Positions 1 to 11,600 of a stretch of 64,000 nucleotides of DNA are shown here, piece by piece. Within the stretch, counting starts at the first letter, position 1; the number at the start of each line of letters is the position of its first letter. The notes beneath the pieces were generated by a model. That model saw only the letters and a program-made list of their open reading frames with translations, did no database searches and was not told where the DNA came from. The translations under genes and the position numbers were made by a program. The DNA comes from Amoebophrya sp. A120 (lineage: Eukaryota > Protista > Dinoflagellata), in NCBI GenBank assembly GCA_905178155.1, contig CAJINV010000016.1:248001-312000 (forward strand). Reading direction: 5' to 3'.

Positions 1-120
1 AGTTACCTCTTGCTTTACTGCTTTTGCACTGTTTTTCCATCTCTCTCTATGCTTTTGTACTTCTAACTTGTTGTAATTGTACTACTAGAGGAGCTCCTGC
101 AAGTACAAGGGAGTCTCATC
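1..120. repeat. End of a copy of the ~1.1-kb degenerate repeat unit also arrayed at 18.7-24.1 kb
   Basis: tgctttactgcttttgcactgtttttccatctctc..gcttttgtactt resembles 21718-21775 (tgctctactgcttttgcaaaggttttccatctctc..gcttttgtactt). Confidence 0.7.
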
Positions 121-198
121 TTCGGTTTTTCTCATCGAAGATAGCTTGCTTGGTAGAGACGAAGAAGTAGACCTGAACCATTGCGAGGATGAAATCGG

Positions 199-1133
199 TT
201 AAAGCGGCCGGTGTCCATCGCCCCTCGAAACAACTTGACGAGATGATATTCCAGCATCTCGGGACCGTTTTTTCCCGCTTCGCGCGAGGGGTTTCATGGC
301 CGCGGACTCGTTGGGCCACCGATTGCTCGGATGCAGGGGGGACGTTTCGTCCTGCACAAATGTCTTGGGTAGATGATGATCTAACCCTTTCAGGCGGCCT
401 CGTAGAAATTTACAACTTTTCGCCAGACTCTCGAAGATGGCAGGATTGGTTTTGCGGATCGCTCCTGCGATTTCGCTTTCGGAAGGGGGGTCTCCTGGTG
501 GTGAAACCAACTTCTCCCTGTACGAGTCGAAAGCGTTGATCGCGTCTTCAGCCTCGCTGATAGCTTTTTTAAGCTCTTCTTCAGCAAGCTCGCATTGAGT
601 TTTTTGAGCATCAGTTAAACTTTGGCTCCCCTCGCGCGCTGCTTCAATAGAGTCTTTCACGTTTATCGCTTGCGCCTTGAGGTCGCGAACATGAACCAGA
701 AGGGCATATTCCGCGGTCAGAATCTCCGACTGCAGTTTTTTTTGAGCCGATTTGAACTCCTCCATGGCACCTCTAAGCTTTTTGTCTGCTTCGGCCAAAT
801 AACGAGCGAAAAATTGGTCCTGCGTAAGCACATCATCTCGCTTTTCATCTGATTCAAAAGAAAATTTGTCAGTCTGCAGCACGTTGATAAGCAATTGAGC
901 TTCCACGAGGTCTTCTTTCGCAGCATCAGCATTCGGAGTGGTCGAGCTAGCCTGATGTGTCGGGCCTGGGTCAGGTCGGTCAACAGCACCTCCAAGCCTG
1001 TCAATAAATTCAATTTAATGATGTCCCAGGCATCCTCGCAAAGCCGAGGTTCGCAGACGGTCAAACGGGCTGCGGCTGCGCCAAGACAATGCAGAAATCC
1101 GAAAATGACGCGAATTAGCCAGATTGGTGCCAA
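199..1133 (-). CDS. Hypothetical helical-domain protein, paralog of the repeats in 37098-40925. The hydrophobic N-terminus is in another frame (frameshift or small intron near 950-1010).
   Basis: ORF 199-906 has LLVHVRDLKAQA..LAKSCKFLRGRLKGLD, matching LLKHAKDLRAQA..LAESCEQLRQVLQGLD. ORF 717-1133 starts with the signal-like IWLIRVIFGFLHCLGAAAA. Confidence 0.6.
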
Positions 1134-1450
1134 GGGATGGCTTGTCTGTTACACGAGCGTACATGTGCGCATCCGCAAAGGACCTGCTTCGATTGTCATG
1201 CACAATACAAATGTTGCGCTGCTTGTTATCCTTGTGTTTGTAAAACTAGGTGCCGAATGCCCCCAATCGCATTAACATCTGGCACAGCATAGAAAAGAAA
1301 CAAAAGGCATGCTTCTGCACCGTGCTCAAGCTCCTGTTGCCGCAGACAAGAATAGGACGCAACCCCTAGAATGGCTTCGCTGCGATCATGTAGACTTACC
1401 AGTACGCTGCCGCGCGAATGGGGTCTATGACTCTCCGGTAAAGCTGCAAA

Positions 1451-2110
1451 CCAGGGACCCTGGGACCAGGGACCCTGGGACCAGGGACCCTGGCCTGCGA
1501 ACCAGGGACCATTGGACCCGGGAACCCCCCGGACCGAGGACCTACGGGCCAGGAACCCTACGGACCAGGTGCGTACTCCGGGAGCCGGGTGCTTGCCCTG
1601 GCTGTGAGCCGGGGGGCCGGTGCTCCGGAGTTTCGCGTGAGGCAGCCAGTCCGGCCTGCCGCCAAAAGGCCAGGCCGGGCGTCAGACGGACAGGCCGAGC
1701 GCAAGACGGCCACACAACATGGCACCAGACGGCCAGAGCGGGCGCCTGTCAGGAGCGAGGCTAGACTGACGGCCCCGGCGCCAGGCGGCCAGACCTGGCG
1801 CCGCACGGCCACACCGGGCGTCAGACGGCCAATGCCAAACTGGGCGTCCTCGGGCGGTTAGATAAAACTGGCGCCAGCCGGCCGGAGGGAGTGCGCGTCA
1901 GGCGGGCAGACCTGGCGCCAAGTGGCCGGGCGGAGTGCGCTGCGGGCGGCCGGAGTCCGCGTCAGGCGCGGTTGCTGGAAGCCCGGTTCGTAGGGCCCTG
2001 GTTCGCGGGGCCCTTGGTGCATAGGGTTGTCGGTCCGTAGGGCGGGCCCTAGGGTCCCTGGTCCGTAGGGTCCCTGGTCTGACGACCAGGGTTCCTGGTC
2101 TACCCGGATA
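1451..2110. repeat. GC-rich foldback-like element with oppositely oriented short-repeat arrays at its two ends
   Basis: ccagggaccct(ggga/acgga) repeats at 1451-1570, their reverse complement (agggtccctggtccgt) at ~1985-2100, and a GC-rich repetitive core. Confidence 0.6.
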
Positions 2111-2447
2111 CCCGATTTTCCGAAGGACACCTCGCCCCCGCCAACCTTCCAATCAGACAACCGACCTCGTCTGGCCTAGCGCTCCTAAGTTTTGCGGACC
2201 TTCCCGCGGCCCCTTCCGATCTTCGTGGAGAAGCCGAGGCCTGCCGCGCGGTTGCCCGGACGCGTGGCATTCCTGAGCAATGAAAGAACCTCGCCAAGTA
2301 CTTAAGTTACGAACAAATTTTTGCTCGCACTGAGCTAAGAACGACCTGTCGCAGAACTTCCTTCGGGCCCCCAGAGTCTGGGGCTGGCGCAGATGCTAGA
2401 AAGAACCACTTCCACCTTTCCCAAAACCAACAAAGGAGCAGGTCTAC

Positions 2448-2772
2448 TTACCCTAGATCTTCTTCACGCAGGTGTGAACCTTGCGCTTGATGTTGTTCCT
2501 CCAGAAATCCGTACTTGTCATCAACATCAGACGACTTTCCAACGTCCTTCCTGTCATCAACATCAGACGACTTTTCCCCGTCCACGGTCGCAATGCTGTC
2601 CGTAGCCTCCGCCTTTTTCCGGCTCCCGCGCAGGTTGCCGTATTTGATCTTTTTGCGCGCCTGCTTTGCTTCTTCGCCAACAACGACTGCCGTCACCGCG
2701 AGTCCCCCCCCGCCCCGTCGTCCCGATGCGCAAGGCGAGGAAGGCCTTTGCCAAGAGCGATAAGCGCGACAT
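2448..2772 (-). pseudogene. Frameshifted copy of the small protein gene at 42842-43270
   Basis: MSRLSLLAKAFLALRIGTT (ATG at 2772) and KYGNLRGSRKKAEATDSIATVDGEKSS lie in different frames, switching at the C-run ~2704-2716. There is also a 36-nt internal tandem duplication (KSSDVDD twice). Confidence 0.5.
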
Positions 2773-3790
2773 TTTATTTTCTCTGCGAGAGATTTTCGAC
2801 TCGTGCAGGAACAACAACAAACCCTGGCTTGACGAAGATGGGTGGCCCTTCGACAGCGTGTGCGAGAGTCTGAATTGAGTCGCTCGAAGCGTCTGATGTC
2901 CTCGTGTCCTCAGTTGTGAATTGTGAATTGAGTTGTACTTTGGGGAAAGTGACGAACTCAGAAGCTCTTCTTTGTATTGGTATTTGTAGTTGCGGTCCTT
3001 GTATATTGTTAGTCGATGATCCTCTTCGACTCGCTTCGTTCTTGGTTATGAAATAGTTTTGAAAGATATGCTGTTCGTTGGGGTTTGTTAGAAAGACAGT
3101 TTTTGTTTTAGCGTTTCCGCTACAGACTGGGAGGGAATGCGAAAAAACGCGGAATTCGAATTATTCAGTTTGACTGTTGTGTTGAGATAATAAAAACGAA
3201 TCATGACTACGATGAAGACTAGACTTTGCCTATCTCCGGCGCAGTGTGCGACAAATTGCGAAAAATGCAGCGGCGTACTCTGTCGCCAAAGCCGCCCTGG
3301 TCGCCACATGTACTGCATCAACTGCCACTAATCGCGCACAGGCCGACAAAATCTATCTTCCCGACGACACCTTCCGGCACATCAAAACACTAACATGGTG
3401 AACGACGTGCTACGTAGGTTGCTCAACTAACGACCGACGAGACCTTCATTTCGGCAACAAGTCGTCGTGTACGGGGAGACTAGAACGATTGGTTACCGAA
3501 ATGAACGGAACTAGGACGCTCTCGACAGTTTCATGAGTACGAACGAACCGACAGCACAATGGACGCGCGAAAGCACGATAAAAACCGAACGGCGCAAGAA
3601 GCGACGACTCCGCCGCAAAGATCCAGCACTTCTACCACACGAACCGAATATGATTTTATCTGCGATGATGACATCGAGTTCGAACGAGAAAAAAGAACCG
3701 ACACAATAAACCTCCGCACTTTCATCCTAAGTCGTTAGAGCAATGCGCAGACGAGCAGTCGCGATCTTTCCTCGCACCGAAACGGATTTG
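2508..3790. repeat. Dispersed ~1.3-kb direct repeat, copy 1
   Basis: Colinear with 43045-44300 from gtacttgtcatcaacat to gaaacggattt, with many substitutions and indels. Confidence 0.9.
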
Positions 3791-4041
3791 TTTGCGTCCA
3801 GGTTCGCAACCTGCAGTTTGAGCGTTTGTGTAGCGAGACGGTGTCATCTTAAACGTTGACGTTTTCGACTCCGTAGTTTACTCGAGAGTTATTCAGACGA
3901 TTTGCGAGAACTATCATCGGGGTGAGCGATTCGGTCACCCTCTCAAGACGCCAGACATGATCTTGCCAAGATCAGGTCCGAATGTCGTGGTGACCGTGAT
4001 GATGCTATAGAAAATTTGAAACGACCAAGCTCGTATTAGTC

Positions 4042-4440
4042 ATCAAGATCGACGCATTTTCGCATATCAGAAGTACCGATCCTTTCATCCAAGAGAGCAA
4101 CCAGTGTAGAAGTACCAACAACATTTTGTGATCCTTACAACGCATGTTCTTGATCCTACTCTTCCAGAAGATGATCTGAATTTTTCCCAGTTCGACGGTT
4201 TTTTGATCCTTCGCTCGAGTTGTGTTGTTGATCTTCAGATGAGTTGTTGTACTTACCGAGGATGTAGTCGAGCTGCACTATTTCCACTCATCTGTTCATG
4301 GGAAACTACGCAGAAGTTACGGCCACATCCACCACATCCGAGCTGTTTGAAACAACAACAAGACGAGCAGCGAGACGGGAAGATAAAAGCGATTCGAAAG
4401 ATGCACAGCTCGGGTTTGCAACATCCAAATGAACACGGCT
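4042..4440. repeat. Dispersed ~0.4-kb direct repeat, copy 1
   Basis: Colinear with 18101-18490 (cgcattttcgcatatcagaa..ttgtgatccttacaacgc..ccagttcgacggttttt..atgaacacg). Confidence 0.85.
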
Positions 4441-5656
4441 ATAACAATCACCGACAAATAAAATTAACGAGGCAATTGCGAGTCCATGCCGAACACCTTG
4501 CGAGTTGTATGGTTCGAATGCCAGTGCCACACATGATTTTGTGGCAAATACGAAGCTGCGCGTCCACTTACCACTCTTGTTGTTTTTTCATCGAAGTCTG
4601 CATGTCATGGAAGTCATCTGTCCAAAAGGCACACAAAAGTAGTCAACAAAGGTGAACGAGGACATCCAGGGCGTTGCTTTCTTCTGCAACATACGGGGAG
4701 GGGGACATCGAAAAAATGCTGTGCGTATCAACTTGTATGATATGCTCTTTCCAAAATTTCTTTTGAGTAGTTATTCCATCTCCACATCTTCACAGCTCTG
4801 CTCCTTATTCCCGCGAAACGGGAAACGAAGAGTTCTCGCAGCGAAAAAGTTGAGATTATCAAGAATTTGCGAACAAGTTGAGGATGTCAAGAAATTTCTA
4901 CCGTTCCGGGGGAAATGAAGTAGCTTGCTCACAATAACTTCTACGTGCAGCTTAGAACTCCATCACAAGAAAAAGCACCAAAACCGTGTGGCTGATCATG
5001 GACCAACCGGATGAAATTCACGCACGTACAGGTGTTACTATACTTGTCTTGTCCCGCAGAAGAAACAAAATCGCAATCCGATTGTGCGGAGAATGTTCCT
5101 TCCCAGGGGGCATCGCCATCTCTAGCTATACCTCCGGGTCCGGGTAAGACAAAATATTATGTTGAAGATAGAATTGAGCGGCGCGAAGAAGTGGCACTAG
5201 CAGAAGAGTCGAATGCTGAAATCAAAATCTGCCCAGGCAGCACAACTTCAAAAAACTACTCCTCTCAAAAGTAAAAACAGCTTCTATAAACCGGGTAGCA
5301 TGAGGAACACGCGAACTTCTTTTCTCGCGTACGCTTGAAGTGTAGTTGTTGGAAGCCCCTTCATCTATGCAAGTTGCTTAAAGATTGAGCATTGTTTTTC
5401 GATGATCGCGAACTGGATACCAATGTGCTGACGAAAGAAGCGATATGAATGAAGGCAAAGTCAAAGACTAAAAGAAGTATAAACACACTACGGTGAAAAG
5501 AGCGATATGGTGGATTGGAGAAGTACAATGACGTGCATGTGCCACTAATGTCATAAAAAACCATCTGAAAACCAAGAGCGAGCATGCGTTTTCGCTTTGC
5601 AACCTGTACTTGGCAGCTGCTCGGCAAAATTTCTTGAAATGCATCTATGCATCTAC

Positions 5657-8600
5657 TTATGGAAACGCTTTCTCCTTACTTTCCTCCGCTCGCCGTGCCT
5701 GCTCCTTTTCGACCAACGCACGTAGTCTTGCGCGCTTCTCTTCGTCCGTCTCAATTCCGCCTTGCGAAGGAGCATTTGTTTCTCTACTTCCTGTTGATAA
5801 AATTTGAATTGGCGACATCATCTCGCTACCCCGTCGATCTCCATCACCGCTCGTTCCCGGAGTTGTCCTAAAACCAGAAGCAGCAACATGACGGGTTGTC
5901 ATACTCGGAGTAGACCCCTTGTAGTCCTTTCGCGCATGGGATCTCATCGTTTTCTGAAACGCGGTGATCAGTGTATTCTCCCTGCGCTTGTAGTGGTAGT
6001 ACTTCGACTTCGCTTCTAAGTAGGCGCGCAGAGCTTCCGGTAAAATTGCTTTTTTCCCCCCATCAATATCTCTCGCGGCTTTATTCGTCCCGTCCGAAGA
6101 GGAAGATACCACATACCTCGACATAGCATTGGCGTCTTGAAAAAGTTCCACGAACTGGAACTCCCATGAGTCCTCACTCGCCATCGCAGCGCGCACCCGG
6201 GCGTCGAAGTCCGACTCTTTTAGCCCAATATCGATGCGAACGTGCGACATCACGGCTGTTACCCAGTCGAAGAGGGAAAAGCCCGTTTCGATTTCGGTCC
6301 TTCTCCCGTCGTGTTGGACAGGAATCACGAGTTTCGGGCAACTTTCTTGCACCGTCTGCACCGCTTGCACCAAACGCGGAGCACGACCGTCAGGGCCTTC
6401 GGCGAGGGTGGTGTAGACGGGTTCTGCTACCTCCCGGTGTAGTTGCTCTCTGGCTTTGCCGCGCCTGCTCTTCTTCGGTTTTTTGTGTACCGCATCCTGT
6501 AGTTGCGACTCAGCCGCGCCGTCCGCTGGGGTCAGCAGTCGTCGGGCTGCTTCTGCTTCGTGCTGCTCTGGATTTTTTAAACGGGTCTCGATTTCCGTCT
6601 CTCTCAGCGCAAGGGCAGGCTCCTGCTTTCCCCTCGTAGTCCCCGGCGTGACAAAATCAATGCTGTAGTTGTCCTTGAACGCAAGAGGAGGTGCGGCGGG
6701 GGCTTCTATCCTGTGTAAAAGTATCGTACTCGTAGTAATCGCAGGCATGCATTACAAATCTCGATCCCAAGGCAAAACAGCATGACAAACTCCATTTCTC
6801 ATTCTAAGTAAATTTGTCATGCGATTTCTACTAGTACGATACTTTTGCAGTTCATAGCTTCCACTGTGCCACAACTTTGAAGACCAGGATACTTCCCCTT
6901 ACGCCCCGCAACTTCGTCCTGTGCGGCCGCCGCGTGTTGGAAGGCTTTCAGGAGGGTTTGTTTATCCAAATTAATGTTCTTCTCCAACTTTTTCCGAAGG
7001 CTTTCTACCGTGCGGAACGCTAACTCGTTTCGGGCTGGACTTGTTCCGGACAGTTGGACGTGGTTCTCCTTTAAGTTCTCTGAGATTTCATCACTAAAAA
7101 CAAGCAAACCGAGCAGCCAGTGGTATTCGGGCAGCCCCAGCCTGTCAAGGTACTCGCGCAACACATAGGACCGAGACGCGTCAAGACTCGCTTCGGCGGT
7201 CAGCGGTTTTGCGGCGCTCGCGACGCAGAAGGCACAAAAGTAGTGGTCGTGGAGATCGTGAGCTGCGCATGCCGCTTCATCTGCTCGAACACCGCTGGGA
7301 GGTCCTCTTTCCTGAGGCACAAACTGGACCACTTTCTTCCCGGTCGCGTCAAACGTGATGCGCTCGGGCGTTCCTCGAACAGGAGTTCTTGCGCCGGGCG
7401 GCGGGTAACTCCTACCGTCTGCGGCCCCGAACTGTTCCCCGGCAGCCGCCTCCTCGCGGAGCATCCCGTCCGCGCCTTCCAGCAGGTGCCGAGCTTCCCG
7501 TCCCCCGCCCGGATTGCTCCGTGCACCAGCGCCGGCAGTGGCTGCTGCTGTTCTCAAACTTTTCTCGTTGCAACAAAAGTAGGGTCGGCCGCAGGGGCAG
7601 GCGCTGCCAAGGGAGCTGCCGTAGTGGAATTTCCATTTGGATCCGGTCTCGGGGTCCGGCTGTTGCAATTTTTTACTACATGTGTACCGCTCCAAACCGC
7701 AGGCGCACAGGTCCGATCCGGTGGGCGTCTGGTTTAGCGCAAGCAGCGCGCTGCGCATACTCCGTTCCTCCGCAGCTCCACTCTGCTCTAGGAGTTTCAA
7801 CATTGCCAAAGCCTGTTGCTGTTCGTGTGCTACCCTCAGGTGATGCGCAGGAGCCGCAGCAGGGTCGCCGCTTGCAGGAGTTGTGAAAGAACGACCCCCG
7901 TGCGGAAGTTGAATCGTGGACGAAGGTCCAGCTGCGGGTACTAGTACAGAAGTCCGACTATTTTTATTCTGAATCATGACGTGGTGCAGCAAATGCCGCA
8001 GTGGGACAGAATAGCCAAAAACGCCACGTCCTCTCCCCGCCGCGGGTAGTTCTTGCTGCTGTTGTGCTGGTCCCGCTGAAGTAGATCCTGCTGGCGACAA
8101 AGCTTCGGCTGCTGTAGTTGACACCGGCAGCATGTCCGGGTGCCACTGGAAATTCAGCATTTCATCCTCATCCTCAACGCGGCCGGAAATAATTCTCCGC
8201 GAACCCTCGTAATATCCTCAGTAAAAACGTCCCCACCCCAGAGTTGTCATGCAAATCTGCATGCCAAAAAGGTTTCTCGTGCGGAGGCCCATGAGAAGCA
8301 TTTTCTAGGGGTGATTTGGAGTCTCTGATGCTCGAATCAGCACGATATGCTAGATCTGTGATGCTGTTGAGCTAGCTAAACAGGATCACACTATGGACCA
8401 AACCTGTCATGCGGAGCAACCAAATCTGGTTGATTTGTCTAGCACATTTCCCATCTTGACTCTGGTGTGGGGACGTTTTTACACAGGATACGTAATGCGC
8501 CATGTTCAGTCGCAAAGACTCCTCGTAGTAGTTTTGGAAGAGAAACGCCTGCTCCAGTAGATCTTCCGGGGGGCTGGAGGATCCACCGGAGGCAAAAAAA

Positions 8601-11600
8601 CTTTGACCTTCTTTACCAACATCTTCTTCCAGGTGGAACGTGGTCACCACCGGCCGCACCGCGTTCAAACAGGCGTCGTAGGAAAGGAAATGTTGAGCAG
8701 GATGACTGCCTGGCACAACTTCTACACCTGTCAGCTGGTCCACTTCGCCGACAAGTCCAAAGGACGTCGTGGTAGATGTTTTTGAGAACAAACCATTAGT
8801 CCTCCAAACGGCCGTAGTTTTGTTGTTTCCTCCACCCTGAAGACCAGCATTTTCCTCCTCGTTCAACAAAGGAACGAACTTGATCCCGAGCACCAGCTCA
8901 AGGGCCTCGGCCACGCTTCTGAGTTTCTGCCGGTTTCGGCTTTCGAAGGTTTCGCCTGCCCCGTGTGTCTTGTACTGCAACCAGTACTCCGTATCGGGGA
9001 AAATGGCAGCTTCCCCGCTGAACCCGTGTTCCGACGTGTAGAGGAGCTGTGTGACCGCAAAATCCACATGGACGCGGTTTGCCTCGATTGCCCGTTGCAA
9101 GCACTCGCGATCCCTTCGCCGGGAGGTAGGCGGTCGTGCAGTTCCAGCTGCGCTCTTCGCCGGTACTAAATTGTTGCGCACTTCTGAATGGTGGAAGTAG
9201 AACTGCTTGTCTGTCTTTGTTGCTGTTCCGTCCTCTGGAGCAGGTGGTCCCGCGAAATCAACCTGGACATCCGCAAGGATAACGTTCCTGCCGCTCAAGT
9301 CAAACGGCGTCCTCCCGTCCGGCGCCACACTTGGTACGTCCGGCACCGCCAGCCACGCCCCCGTGCCGTTCCTCGGGCCGCGGGTCTTTTTGCGGCCTAG
9401 TACGCGCTGCGGTCGTTGTGGAGATGAGGGAGCATGATCGTCGTGCCTGTGGGTTCTCGTTCTTTCCCTGTGGCCGCTGTGGTGCCCCGCCACTTCTTCT
9501 TGCGCTTGATGTTCATCTTCCTCGTATAAAGCACCGAAAAGACTTCGAGACGAGGGGTGGGAAGTGAATAATCCCAGGCCGAGCAGGGCGTGCTGGGCGA
9601 TGCGCTGGTCGATCGAAAGGAGCAATCCGGTTTTTCTGTGGTTTGCTTTCTCCACAAGAACCCTCTCACGGCCACGACCCAAATGGTGCTTTCTTTGTCC
9701 AGCTGAAATAAGCTTTTCCCGTTCTACGTCCGCGGCCTCGCGCTGCACCAGGTAGTCCTGCCGCTTCTTCTCCCAGGTGGTGTACCACTGCGCAGACTTT
9801 TTTGTGAGTTCTTTGGTGCGGCCGATTCTGCCTGACGTGTCAAAAACAACATCAACGTTTTGCTTCAAAACCGCGTTCCACATGTTGTCAAAGCCGAAGA
9901 CAAATTCGGTTGTACTGTCATGTTTCTGTTCGCGAGCTGGATCTCCATCGCCCAACGAGACGAAGTCTGTAGACGCCGGAGCACCAGCTTCTGCGCCGTC
10001 TTGAATCATTCCGTACCCGTCTGGAAAGGTCAAATCCAGAACCCTCGCTTGGCAGTCGGCTGTCAGGAACTGGTACAACGCAGACGGCTTGTATTGCAGT
10101 GGCACGAAGAGGCCGCCATCATGCTGTTCTTCCTTTCCGCGAAGCTCCGAACCGAACGGAGAGGACATAGATTTCACGACCAAATCATCTGGCGTCAAGC
10201 CCTCAGCTGTACGACCACCCCTCGCGGCCTCCACACCGGGAGGTGGGGAAGATGGTACTTCTACGGAAAGGCCGCGAGAACCCGCACTTCGGAAAAAACC
10301 TCTCGTCTCCCACATCTCGGGGCTCAAAAAAAGGTCGTACTCTCCTTTTTCCACAGTAACGGGCAAAAACGGCGCCGACGCTCGATCACGTCCTGGTGAC
10401 GCAGCGGTTCGTGGCGGCTCTACTTGTTTTCCTTCTTTCGCCATATCGATCCCTGCTCTTGATACCCCCTCCGATTGCGCCAAAAGCTGGTCGCGATGTT
10501 TTTCTTGCCACAGAAACGCCTCCTGGAGGGAAAAGCACAATTGCCGGACCAGAATCTCCCGGAGCTCCAGCACGTTGCCATGCTTGCGCTGGTGTGGAGA
10601 GACGATCAAACTTTGCTCCAACGCGAACAGGAAGTGAAGGGCCTTGTCGGTGAGTTTAGAGTCCTCCTTGTAGGTGAGACTCTGCTGCTTTTTTCCCTGT
10701 TGTGGATGTTCTTGCGCAGCTTTCTCCATATCGACAAAAGCATCGAACTGGCCGCGAATCCGGTAGAAGTACCGCTGCAGAACAGATGGAGTTTTGATGG
10801 TATCGTCTTGTTCAAGAAGCGCACTTCTAAACGGTGACGCGCCGGCGCCCTCTCCTGCAGCTGGCTGCGCGGCCGCAGGCACAGGAGCAGCTCTACTAGT
10901 ACCTTCAGGGGACGAACTAGCTGCAAGACCTTGGGTGGATCCTTCACCACCACCTGCGGGAGGTGGACTTCTAGCTTTGTTCCGCACAATCGCCCGCTTT
11001 CCGAAAAATTCCGGCAGCCACTTTTTTAGGAAGAAATGCTGTAACTCCGGGCGACGCAGGTCTGTGGGGATTGGACGCGTGATCGTGCCCTGGTATGACT
11101 GGTCTTCCACGAAATGAAAGGCCCGGTGGTCTCCGGGGACTGACAGGGTTTTGCTCACAGGAAGTGGCGGTCCACCACCACCAGTAACTCCTCCTTGTTG
11201 CGGCCCTCCAAAAATGTCGTGCTCTTCGGCTAGCACGTCGAGTCTTTCGCCTGGTGTTTTGTGCCCCCGTTGCTGCTCGATCGCTTGTTGGATCACCGCA
11301 CTGGTTTTCTTCCAGATCTGCAGGTCCAGCGCGATGGCTGCGCGCAGGCCCTTGAAGGTCTGTTTCAACAGGGCGAAGTAGGCCTGGAACTCGTGAACCT
11401 CCTCGGGTGTCAGAAGCCTGGGGCGCTCTTCGATCTGGAAATGTTCAAGTTTGTTCGGACGAGTGCTTCTACTTCCGCCTTCTGAAGGAGTTCTTGCTCT
11501 GCTACCTTCGGACCGGAGGACATCTTCTGCATCATCGTCGTCTTCCTCGCTCGTTTCGTCTTCGCTGGACGATGATAAGGCAGAAAATCGGTTCTTACCC

